A DNA stretch of 60,918 nucleotides, the filler included, from Globobulimina sp. (taxonomy: Eukaryota): the NCBI GenBank assembly GCA_003354225.1. It is 19 parts of 19 records of this genome, joined end to end, with 100 filler letters (N's around TTAATTAATTAA, not from the genome) between each part and the next. Parts side by side here need not be neighbours in the genome. Positions count along the whole stretch, not along the records: positions 51,395 to 54,502 come from PIVH01003706.1; positions 54,603 to 57,710 come from PIVH01003707.1; positions 57,811 to 60,918 come from PIVH01003708.1; 16 more parts are not named here. One strand, given 5' to 3'. The first letter of the stretch is position 1, and each line of letters starts with the position of its first letter. The position numbers and the translations under genes were made by a program. This document shows, one piece after another, positions 51,395 through 60,918 of this stretch. A model generated the notes under the pieces. That model had not been told where the DNA came from. It saw only the letters and a program-made list of their open reading frames with translations, and did not search any database.

Positions 51395-52620
51395 CCAGGT
51401 TCCTGGAACAATGTAGCTTCAATGTTATTTATAGAACAACCAATTGGTGTTGGATTTAGTTATAGCAATGATAATAAAGACTATATTATTGGCGATGAAG
51501 GAGCTGCCAAGGATATGTTTGCGATGATACTTGCTTTCCTGGATCAATTTCCTCGCTATAAAACAAATGATTTCTATATAACATCAGGTATTTTCACTCC
51601 CTCATTACACAAAATAATATAATATAGATAACAAATGATATGATAAGAATCATATGGTGGACATTATATGGTATGTATTACTCATTTGCTTCAGCAAATA
51701 ATCATATATTAACAGTGTACACTTCTTGACAGCCAACGTTAGCAAAATATATTGTGGATAATAACAAAGACAAAGCTATAAACTTTAAAGGTTTCTTTGT
51801 AGGCAATCCGATGACGGACCCAATTGAAAATGCGATTGGTTCATATGGTACTTATTACGGTCATCAATTATTACCAAAACCGCTATGGGATAAATGGGCA
51901 GCAAACTGTGCAACTAATATCCATCCGGAGGTTTGTCCTGAGTTAGAATTGGAAATGATGCTGAAAGTGGGAGATACCTATCCGTATGGTATAGATTGGC
52001 CTGTTTGCCTCGATGATAAACATGAGCAAAATGCATGGTTTATGCAGAAAATTGTGCATGATACATTGGGCAGACCTATTCCAGCAAAATATGAATTGCA
52101 TACTGCGGCAGATACAAATCAACGGAAATTATTACAATATGACGCTTGTGCTACAGATTATATGGCCACTTATTTAAACAGAGCCGATGTTCAATCTGCG
52201 TTGCATGTAAAACCTACACAATGGAGAATGTGTGGAGGTGTTGTCTATAATTATGCAGATTCGGCCATTCCAATGCAACCAAGATATCAATATTTATGTG
52301 ATGGGGATTATAATTTAAACATGGCAGTGTTTTCTGGCGATGACGATACGGTTTGTGGAACCATGGGAACTCAATATTGGATGAATAATATGGAATGGAA
52401 TTTAACGTCTGATGGAGCTTGGAGAGTTTGGATATTTGATGGACAAACTGGTGGTTATCAAACAAAATGGAAGTGTGGGAATCAGCAAAATATATCATTG
52501 GTTACAATACATTCTGCGGGGCATCAAGTCGGATGGTTCAAACCAATGAGAGGATTATATTTTTTTGAACAATTTCTTAAAGGTTCGTATAGTTTACTGT
52601 TGCCACAAGGACTCATATAA
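51395..52620 (+). CDS. Serine carboxypeptidase (S10), three exons, 5' partial
   Basis: WNNVASMLFIEQPIGVGFSYS; spliced TS|ESYGGHYM|PTLA; GFFVGNP; SGDDDTVC; AGHQV. Confidence 0.93.
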
Positions 52621-52712
52621 TAAATATTAAATATATAGTTTAACCACATGATTTGTATAATAATATTATCTTGTTAAATAAAACTTTTTTAGTCATCAAA
52701 AAACCGTTGGGA

Positions 52713-53939
52713 ATGTTAGGTGTAGAGTTTGCACAAGTACTACAAAGAGTATTTGATGATAAATTCCCCGCAATAAATAAAACAATATGCTACGGATCAA
52801 AAGTATTTCCTCAAACCATTTCCATTGCACCTAAATCGACTAAATCATCTGAAACTGATACCGAAGCCACATGTACAAAACTTGATTATTTAAAAAAGCA
52901 ATTAAGTCGGTCAATGATGGATTGTATATTTATTGTTGATAATCCACGTCAATGGCATGCAAAAAATCTATTATTGAATGCCAAACATTATTCATTATTT
53001 ATGCGATACTGTGGTGCTAAAACTATAACAAATGTACAATCATTTGGTAGTGGAGTATTGTACAATGTATATATTGATATAAATTGGAATGCGTATAATC
53101 AAAGATTGCAAAACAATGATTTACAAATAAAATATGGCGTCATAGCTACATCTCAATTAATATCAGATTTATTATATTGGAATTCATGTTATATCGCGGG
53201 ACGATTACATAAACCAACATTAATGGTACAAAATAACAATGAAAATGCAAATGCAAATGAGTGTCAATATGAATATAGCAATGCTATGATGGCTAAATAC
53301 GATCAAGATACAAATTCATTAAGTCAGAAATTGGCGGAAATTTATAACCGTTCAACAAAGAAACAATCAGTGAATTTAAATGATGCTATGCTATTAAACT
53401 GGGACTTTGCGGTCAGAGTTGCTTTATTATTAACCATATGTAAAAAATTAAAACATGGCGAGTCTATTCATACATTTACATTCGATGATATTTTATATAA
53501 AATTGTATCAATATCATATTTGGGTGATGATAGGATGAAGATTGGCGAGGATAGGCATAAAGTTACAAAAATAATCACTGGATCAAAGGATTATTTATTA
53601 CAGATTTATGAACCGTTTCTGATGCAATATATCAAGCAATGTAACAGTAATAATGGATGTTATGAGTGTAAGACAAGTATTGCTGATTTGTTAGCGCAAT
53701 TACCTCGGAATGTAATTGATGGGATACATGAATATGATCCATCATTGTTTGTGGTGAAGGAGAATATTCCACGCTATGAGGAATGGCTAGGAATTGCATT
53801 ACAAGAGTCACTCTCAAAAATAATTCGAAAATCATCTAGGAAGCAAGTACTTAAATCATTGGTGACAGCGGATGCTCATAAAATAGCTTTGTATTTCTGT
53901 CAGAAAGTGTATAAACAAATATTATCTGGCTATGAGTGA
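52713..53939 (+). CDS. TAM41: Mitochondrial phosphatidate cytidylyltransferase Tam41
   Basis: YGSKVFPQ, MMDCIFIVDNP.QWH..N, IKYGVI, DLL.W...YIAGRLHKP, ISYLGD.RM..GED..KV. Confidence 0.9.
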   Translation: MLGVEFAQVLQRVFDDKFPAINKTICYGSKVFPQTISIAPKSTKSSETDTEATCTKLDYLKKQLSRSMMDCIFIVDNPRQWHAKNLLLNAKHYSLFMRYCGAKTITNVQSFGSGVLYNVYIDINWNAYNQRLQNNDLQIKYGVIATSQLISDLLYWNSCYIAGRLHKPTLMVQNNNENANANECQYEYSNAMMAKYDQDTNSLSQKLAEIYNRSTKKQSVNLNDAMLLNWDFAVRVALLLTICKKLKHGESIHTFTFDDILYKIVSISYLGDDRMKIGEDRHKVTKIITGSKDYLLQIYEPFLMQYIKQCNSNNGCYECKTSIADLLAQLPRNVIDGIHEYDPSLFVVKENIPRYEEWLGIALQESLSKIIRKSSRKQVLKSLVTADAHKIALYFCQKVYKQILSGYE

Positions 53940-53943
53940 CAAA

Positions 53944-54502
53944 TTATTTGTCTGCTTGGTTTTGTTCAATATACTGTAAATATTTACAGTTGAATGTGAT
54001 AACAATCCTATCCTCCCCTTTTTTCCCTTTCTCCACATCACACTCACAAAACATATCAATCGCAGACGGTATACCATCGCCACATTTTTCATTTATAATC
54101 ATTTTTATGGATTCACCATAATGTTGCACCGCTTCCATCAATCGATAAACGGTGGGTTCTTGCCCGATATCTGGATCATATCTCCTTAATCCTGCCTTTT
54201 CCATCTCATTTAATGTTGTTTTGGGTAAACCCAAGAGTTGTCCCAATAATTCTGCTTTTGCCGGATTTAATGGTGCTTTTAATGATAATATTTGCGCAGT
54301 ATATAGATTGGTATACCCCAGTTGTGATGCGATATCATCAACACTTAATTCCTTTTTCCCTTTCTGTTGGAATACTTCTTCAATCAATGCGTTTCTTACG
54401 TCATCATTCCCACAACAATATGGAACGACTGGTTGCGTTTTTATTTTTTCTCCTTGCACAAAAGCTGCACTAAAACCTCTATTAATCTTAATTATATTGT
54501 TC
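53944..54502 (-). CDS. cynS: Cyanate hydratase (cyanase), 5' partial
   Basis: HTH-like N-terminal part; PTVYRLMEAVQHYG.SIK.IINEK.GDGI.SAID; DRIVITF..KYL.Y. Confidence 0.92.
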
Positions 54503-54602
54503 NNNNNNNNNNNNNNNNNNNNNNNNNNNNNNNNNNNNNNNNNNNNTTAATTAATTAANNNNNNNNNNNNNNNNNNNNNNNNNNNNNNNNNNNNNNNNNN
54601 NN

Positions 54603-55562
54603 TCGCATAAACAAACAAGCTGTCAATCATCGCGTTATGCTCGTAAACAGATATTAAAATTAAAAGTGCATTGTCCATATTCAGCAAACATGAATCAACC
54701 AAATATCAAAATGATTTGTGACACAATCGATGAGAAAGAAGGATCCAATGCAAATACGTGTATTTGGACAGGAACCTTAAATGATTTGATTACAAATCAT
54801 ATAAAAACATGCCAATTATCAACAAATGATATTATAAAAGAAAAACTATATGAAATCGAATTGAAATTATCCAAAAATGATAATGTTGTAAATAATTTAC
54901 AAAAGGCAATGAATGAGGCATTGTCAGCCAAGGAAGTTGAAATTATTGCGTTGCACCAAAAAATTGAGAATTTAGAAAAGAAACATAACTCCGAATTAGA
55001 TAAAATAAAAAAAGTATTAAACTCGTTAACAAATACAGAGCAAAAAGAAGAAAGAAAAGAAAATGAGTTTCCCAAAGATAATCCAGTTAGGATTCAATTG
55101 CAACAACATTCGTGTCTCAAGGCTTATGATTCATCATGTTCTCCTAAAAATATGTTAAGTTCCGATGGTAGTTTATATTATGCTAGCAAACACAACAAAG
55201 AGTTTACAAACAATGAGAATGATTGGGTTATTTTTAAGATGCAACAAAATGAATTATATTTACCTACAAAATTTACCATAAAGAATAGTGGTTCTTATAG
55301 TGACTGGCAGGGAGTAAAAAGAATGAGAATATTGATTGGCGATGGATATAATGAATGGTTTGCATTCAAACCTGACCCAATTAATGTTGCTAAGAATGGT
55401 GATTCCCAATCATTTAATATTGATGGCGTGGATCATAAAATAATAAAGAAAAATGGGTGGAGACATATAAAACTTGAATTTTGCACAAATCATGGTGATA
55501 CTGGTTCTTATAACTGTCGCTTTGCTGTTAAAGAATTTCAATTGCATGGTATTAAATTGTGA
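54603..55562 (+). CDS. TRAF-type Zn finger / coiled coil / galactose-binding-like domain protein, 5' partial
   Basis: LKVHCP...CIWTGTLNDL..H...C, coiled coil, then SPKNML...YYAS...DWVIF...HIKLEF..NHG...EFQLHG. Confidence 0.65.
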   Translation, partial: SHKQTSCQSSRYARKQILKLKVHCPYSANMNQPNIKMICDTIDEKEGSNANTCIWTGTLNDLITNHIKTCQLSTNDIIKEKLYEIELKLSKNDNVVNNLQKAMNEALSAKEVEIIALHQKIENLEKKHNSELDKIKKVLNSLTNTEQKEERKENEFPKDNPVRIQLQQHSCLKAYDSSCSPKNMLSSDGSLYYASKHNKEFTNNENDWVIFKMQQNELYLPTKFTIKNSGSYSDWQGVKRMRILIGDGYNEWFAFKPDPINVAKNGDSQSFNIDGVDHKIIKKNGWRHIKLEFCTNHGDTGSYNCRFAVKEFQLHGIKL

Positions 55563-55607
55563 CACCAATGAACTTTGAAAGCTGTATAAATTATTATTAA
55601 TTAACAA

Positions 55608-56891
55608 CTATAAACCAACTATAATTATAGTGGTATGTTCACCAGCTATAACCCTCGTAATTCCACCATCAGAAATATTCATTTCTTTCAACGTAAACCA
55701 ATGTGGATTTCTCACAATTGCATCATTTGTTGTCGAATCAGATTGTTTGTACTTATTACCACCAAAACCGATAAAAACTTTGCGATTTTTCTGTCCCGCT
55801 GCAGATAAAAACGTTTCTCAAGGTTTTGAGCAGGTTTTTCTGTCAATCAGCAACGCATTTGTTACCATATAACGTTTTTGTCAGCCAGCAATTCATTTCT
55901 GTACATACGCAAAGTTCTAAAAGTCCTGTAATTCCTAAAAACGACAATGATTATGAAAAGAAACTGAGCGACAATGATTTTGAAAATATGTATAAAAATA
56001 TAATGTTAAAAGAGTCGCACATCTGGTGAAATGATTGGTTTCTTAGTGAACATCAGGTTTTCAGCGTCAGATTTTTATTGTTTCTGAGAAACGAAGGCAA
56101 ACCTATATTATTTTTACCTTTATCAGTCACAAGAAACGGTTGGCTTACACCTTACCCCAATAAAAAGCTGACGCTGAAGACTGGATGCTCTTTGAGCAGA
56201 TTACAATATGCAATATATTCCTAACAGAGACATCTCTGGCGGGGAATGGACGCTGAAATTATAGCATGCTCTTATTTTCTAAATTTTAGTGTGTTTTACG
56301 TCGTTTGGCAGCTTCCTAATTGGCCCTCCTCATTGGATCCAGTGGCAAAAAGTGTGCCGTTGGAAAGCGAGAAAAATAAATGGTTGGCTCCATTCGATAC
56401 ACAGTCGATATAATGAGTGGAATGCACGGATTTAGTTTTTGGCAGAGAAACGTTTAACATATTGATGGGTGTAAATATGCGAATTCTGCTCGTATTGGTA
56501 CCAATGCCACAGTCGCCGCAACTATTTTTACCAATGGTGTATAACTTATTTCCTGTTGTTTTGATGGTGAATCTGTAACATCCAAAGTAGAGAGCACTTG
56601 GATTGAATGTCAGTTTGGAGAATGCAGATAATTGATGGAATGAATCTAATTTACCATCTTTCCCCAGTTCGTTATATTCGTTTTGTCCAATTCCATATAC
56701 TGTGCCTGCAGTACGTAGTTATTTTATTTCTCAATGTAATATAAAAAATGTATAACAACTAAACAACGCTTGGGATAAAACAAAAAGATTATCTCTTTGA
56801 TGGGGTCGGGTACGTAATGTGATAAACTTAGAATTTCTTCATGTTTCCGAACGTAGCCAGATATTAGTTTACTAAATCTCACGTCCATCAT
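55608..56891 (-). pseudogene. RCC1-repeat gene, apparently disrupted (absent from ORF track)
   Basis: MMDVRFSKLISGYVRK...YPK, intron 56707-56768, then RTVYGIGQNEYNELG...LYTIGKNSCGDCG...LFATGSNEEGQLG. Distal part GFGGNKYKQ...VIAGEHTTIII*. Stops and an inverted repeat lie between the two parts. Confidence 0.65.
56051..56187. repeat. Imperfect 30-bp inverted repeat pair (small MITE-like)
   Basis: CATCAGGTTTTCAGCGTCAGATTTTTATTG (56051-56080) matches the reverse complement of 56158-56187 at 26/30 positions. Confidence 0.65.
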
Positions 56892-57141
56892 TCAAATTCA
56901 ACAAAAACTTTCCTTCCAAAACTCAATAAAGCAGAAGGCCAACATTAAAATTCCTTTGCATACATCAAAATGGTGGTGGTAACAGTTATTAATATAAAGC
57001 ATATGAAACATTGTGATGAATCAATATTTACATAATTATTACTGCAATTATACCCCGCTATAATTATGATGTTTATCTAATAATAGAACATTGCATTGCT
57101 CAGAAAATAGCATTTCTTAATTTCAACCAAAAAACAAAAAA

Positions 57142-57710
57142 ATGAACGTATCTGCAAAAACGCAAACAAGTACAAATCAAAGTTATGTGGATGTGGATTG
57201 GGACGAAATCCGTTCCAAAGCTATCAAGCGTGCTACAGGAGGCGGTGTGGCTGGTTCAGCAGCAATGTTTGTTCAGGTTTTATCATTGATGTGGATGAGA
57301 ACTACAATGAACTATCAATATCGTCATGGCTCAACAACAACGGAAGCATTTAAAAAATTATACGCAGAAGGCGGTCTAAGAAGATTTTACCGCGGTGTTG
57401 GCCCTGCATTACTTCAAGGACCGTTGGCACGGTTTGGTGATACTGCTGCCAATACGGGAACGTTGGTGCTATTAAATGCTTCGCCACAAACAAAAGATCT
57501 GCCAATTTTGGCCAAAACCCTCGGCGCGAGGTACATAACTACATACTGTTTTTCTTTTTCGCAGGAATTCATAAATTCTTTTCATTGATGTTTTTCACAT
57601 TTACACAGTGCAGTAGCAGCATCGTGGAGGATAACATTAATGCCAATCGATGCCTGCAAAACGACATTACAGGTTGAAGGGAAAAAGGGATTACAAGTAT
57701 TGTTTACTAA
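57142..57710 (+). CDS. Mitochondrial carrier (SLC25) family protein, 3' partial
   Basis: GGVAG, LYAEGGLRRFYRGVGPAL, intron, then MPIDACKTTLQVEG (PxDxxK signature). Confidence 0.88.
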
Positions 57711-57810
57711 NNNNNNNNNNNNNNNNNNNNNNNNNNNNNNNNNNNNNNNNNNNNTTAATTAATTAANNNNNNNNNNNNNNNNNNNNNNNNNNNNNNNNNN
57801 NNNNNNNNNN

Positions 57811-59501
57811 AATCGTATTGCTGCCCGCTAACGTTTTTATCTCTTTTTCAATCCTTTGAGGAATGCCTTCATATAACATGTTCCCTCCACTCAATACAAC
57901 AGAATTATATAAAGCACTTTTAATGTCCATATCCGTTTTCATAATGGATGAATATAACGATTTATGAATACCTTCTGCTTCTAAACCAATCAAATGTGGT
58001 TTAAATAATATTTCCGGTGCTTTAAACCTTTCAGATCCAATGGTAATAATGTTTCCATCCGGCAATTCATACATTTCTTCGATAGCAGAACGTTTTTTCA
58101 TTGCGTCCTTATAATCCAATGCAACATAACATAGCGTTTCTTTTATATCTCTGACAATTTCTTTTTCTGCAGTTGATATAAATGAATATCCTCTTTCTCT
58201 CAATATCTTTTGCAAATATTCTGTTACATCTCTTCCGCCCAAATCCATTCTTTTCACGGCATGCGGGAAGGAATACCCTTCGTACACTGGCACTGAATGT
58301 GTGATACCATCACCTGAATCTAATACCATTCCCGTTAGTTTTCCAGTGGAATATAATGATAATACTGCTTGGATTGCTATGTACAATGCTGGACAGTTAA
58401 ATGTTTCAAACAGAATTTGCGCCATTTTTTCTCTATTTTGTTTGGGATTTAACGGTGCTTCAGTCAATAACATGCGATAATCTTCGGGATTGATTTGTAA
58501 TTCATTGTAAAATGTATGCGACCATAGTTTTTCCTTTTGTTAGCGCACAATTTATATGTATATAAATACAGACAACAACAAAAAATATGTACCATATAAT
58601 TCCAATTTGTAACAATGCCACGTTGGATGGGATAGTGTAACGACAGTGCACCTCTCCTCGTTTGAGCTTCGTGACCAATATAATAATCTTTTTGTCCATT
58701 CATCATAACTTGTTGGTATTTGGGGATACCAATAATGGACGGAAACGTTGTCGGGATATCACAATTTATTGCGCCTGCTTTAATGCTCCCGGATCCATTG
58801 TCAACCACTAATACCATTTCTGTCGACATATTATAATTATCGATATCATTATATTCGAATTCTTCATTGCAAGCATTCAATGTGTGATTTTTCACATTAT
58901 TTCCTATCATTGTTGTATTATTTGAGATTGCTACGTTTGGTTCTTTACTAATGGTCTTGATCGATATTGTGGTGATCATATGGTTTTGGTCCATAGTAAA
59001 TGTTGTTTTTGGTTGTGGGATGATATTATATTTCTGGCATACTTTAACATACAGCTCATATGGATCATTTTTATATTTTGTTAGCGATAACCACTTAGTA
59101 ATTTTGCATATTTGTGATTTGTCGTTAAATTGGCACAAAATGTTTTCAATTGTTGTTTTATATTTGTTTGTGTTTGTGCTCAAATTGTTATTTGTTTTCT
59201 CATTTCTTGTGTTCCTGTTTTTGATTATATTATAATTGTTATATTGTGATTGAGCGACAATATTATGTTTCCGGCATACTTTTACATATAACTCATGTGG
59301 ATTAGTTTTGTATTTTTCAATGGCAAACCATTTATCAATTTTGGATATTTTTGTGTTATCGTTACATTCATCAAAAATATTTTCTATTCTTGCTCTATAT
59401 TTCTTCAATACTTCCCTTTGTTGAGCTTTTTGATAGGAAATGAATGAATGTCTGCCACTGTAATACTGCGCTGATTGAGCTGATACAGATTTATTTGACA
59501 T
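57811..59501 (-). CDS. Actin-like protein with long N-terminal extension, 3' partial
   Basis: [19 protein letters not shown]; intron 58534-58592; [37 protein letters not shown]. About 225 aa precede the actin fold. Confidence 0.9.
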
Positions 59502-59518
59502 GCAGTTATATATTGTCT

Positions 59519-60277
59519 CTATGTTAGCAGTGATTGTTTGTATTTGTGCATACCTCTGAGTCTAGCAATTAAGTCCGCTTTTTTGTTTGATTGCAGCAAC
59601 TTAATCCATTGTCTGTTTAATTCTAATTTATATCCCTTTTCATAAAACTGTTGTTTATTTTCATGGAATACTGAGAATGTTGTTGATGATAAATCCGATG
59701 GCCACACAATTTGCAAAGAAGTTAATTTGCAATATTCAAGATTATGCAACAGCATCTTACATAAATGTGGATTAAATTCAAAATCATGATCAACTTTTGT
59801 TATCATTGATTTTCTACCATTTGGGTCCATATATGTATCGTTTTTGAGTTTAATGTTTGTGTCCGTCAAAGCAATGAATGTTTCTAAATCCGTTGGATAT
59901 CGTTTAAATAAATACTTGTTCCACCATAACTCGACAAAACGCAAATAATAATTGTTGTATTTTTTTAAATATTGATGAATCCAGAAAGGAATATTTGATA
60001 AACGCGCACCAAAGAAATAAGCAATCAGTTGGTTCAATTTGTCTCCACAATCATCAGATATTAACAAATCTGGGTACCTTTTAAACTCAGTTAGCCAGTA
60101 TAAAAAAGAACAGACAGCTTTGTTCCACGAACAATCAACATCCACAATATAATCGATGCATAACCATGCAATCTCTGTTGGTATCACACATGGATCCAAC
60201 GTATCTGTTCTTATGAACCCAAAAATAATGAAACTTTGAATCGTTTTCTGTTTGTCTTTGTTTTCCGATGTTGCCAT
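59519..60277 (-). CDS. Hypothetical ORF, probably the 5' exon of the actin-like gene
   Basis: Starts MATSENKDKQK; FIIFGFIR...IPTEI motif; a candidate intron at 59519-59553 splices in frame to the ORF at 59501. Confidence 0.65.
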   Translation of the reverse strand: MATSENKDKQKTIQSFIIFGFIRTDTLDPCVIPTEIAWLCIDYIVDVDCSWNKAVCSFLYWLTEFKRYPDLLISDDCGDKLNQLIAYFFGARLSNIPFWIHQYLKKYNNYYLRFVELWWNKYLFKRYPTDLETFIALTDTNIKLKNDTYMDPNGRKSMITKVDHDFEFNPHLCKMLLHNLEYCKLTSLQIVWPSDLSSTTFSVFHENKQQFYEKGYKLELNRQWIKLLQSNKKADLIARLRGMHKYKQSLLT

Positions 60278-60324
60278 TACAATTAATAGTACAAAACTCA
60301 GCTGGTAACGATAATAATCTAATA

Positions 60325-60918
60325 ATGACACAAGTGAACAGGAAAAAAAGAAAATTAGGTAAACAAGAAAAGGCAGATTCAGACAGTGATTACCAGCCAC
60401 AAGAACCACCTCGAAAAAAAAGTAGAAAGAATAGAAATAATAAACAAACTCCAAAAGCAAAAGCTAAACCGGAAAAAAAACGCGGATTAACGAAAAAAGC
60501 AGCAAATGAATTTAAGAAGAAAATGAATGGATTCGTTAAAAGTCTGGCTCGAATGGTGAATTTGGACTGGCACGATGGCTATGAAGAGCAAGGCGAAGAG
60601 TTACAAGAATATTTTCAATATTTACAGCAACCGGCAATGTGTGTTTATGAATATGTTATCAAACAGCGAGATTATGCTAAATTAAATGAAATATTAAAAA
60701 ATATGGCAGATAGTTGCGATAATATCCATGCCATTCCATTTCGATGTGGTGTAGAATTTGGTGATACTGAGTTTGATTTGCAAATAACTGAAACGAATAT
60801 GACAAAAAGATTTTACTCGCCTGAAACATTAATATCATTTTTATGGAGTGTAATGTTGTACGGAGTGAGTGGTAATGAGAATGTCGAAGATGAGGATATA
60901 TATCGATATATTAAATAT
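60325..60918 (+). CDS. Hypothetical protein, 3' partial (absent from ORF track)
   Basis: Open frame from ATG 60325 to the window end: MTQVNRKKRK... (basic, NLS-like) ...DWHDGYEEQGEEL... Confidence 0.7.
   Translation, partial: MTQVNRKKRKLGKQEKADSDSDYQPQEPPRKKSRKNRNNKQTPKAKAKPEKKRGLTKKAANEFKKKMNGFVKSLARMVNLDWHDGYEEQGEELQEYFQYLQQPAMCVYEYVIKQRDYAKLNEILKNMADSCDNIHAIPFRCGVEFGDTEFDLQITETNMTKRFYSPETLISFLWSVMLYGVSGNENVEDEDIYRYIKY

Overview
This window is not contiguous genome. It is 19 unrelated contigs of about 3.1 kb (3115 down to 3108 bp, sorted by length) joined by 18 artificial 100-bp spacers (N44-TTAATTAATTAA-N44), so neighbourhood across a spacer means nothing. The DNA is eukaryotic and AT-rich, uses the standard code, is gene-dense and has short GT-AG introns. 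The gene families suggest a rhizarian, probably foraminiferan, source (inference). Recognisable genes include an APE-RT non-LTR retrotransposon, a Kv channel, NBP35, histone H3, DIM1/TXNL4A, a class I GATase, VPS35L-like, a RAD5-like helicase, RPL12, an M1 aminopeptidase, SLC12, an NSD-like SET protein, GSK3, an inositol 5-phosphatase, a Nudix DIPP, a caspase-like protease, an S10 carboxypeptidase, TAM41, cyanase and a mitochondrial carrier. The most unusual signals are: (1) an actin-like domain fused in frame to a MIDAS-intact vWA protein; (2) a second actin-domain gene with a long repeat-bearing N-terminus, probably joined by a 35-nt intron to an upstream ORF; (3) a short G[YF]xR...[IV]P motif heading three unrelated domain types, like an adaptor module; and (4) several inverted-repeat non-autonomous elements, two of which share a TGAGAAA core. 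All family calls are motif recognition by eye; no searches were run.
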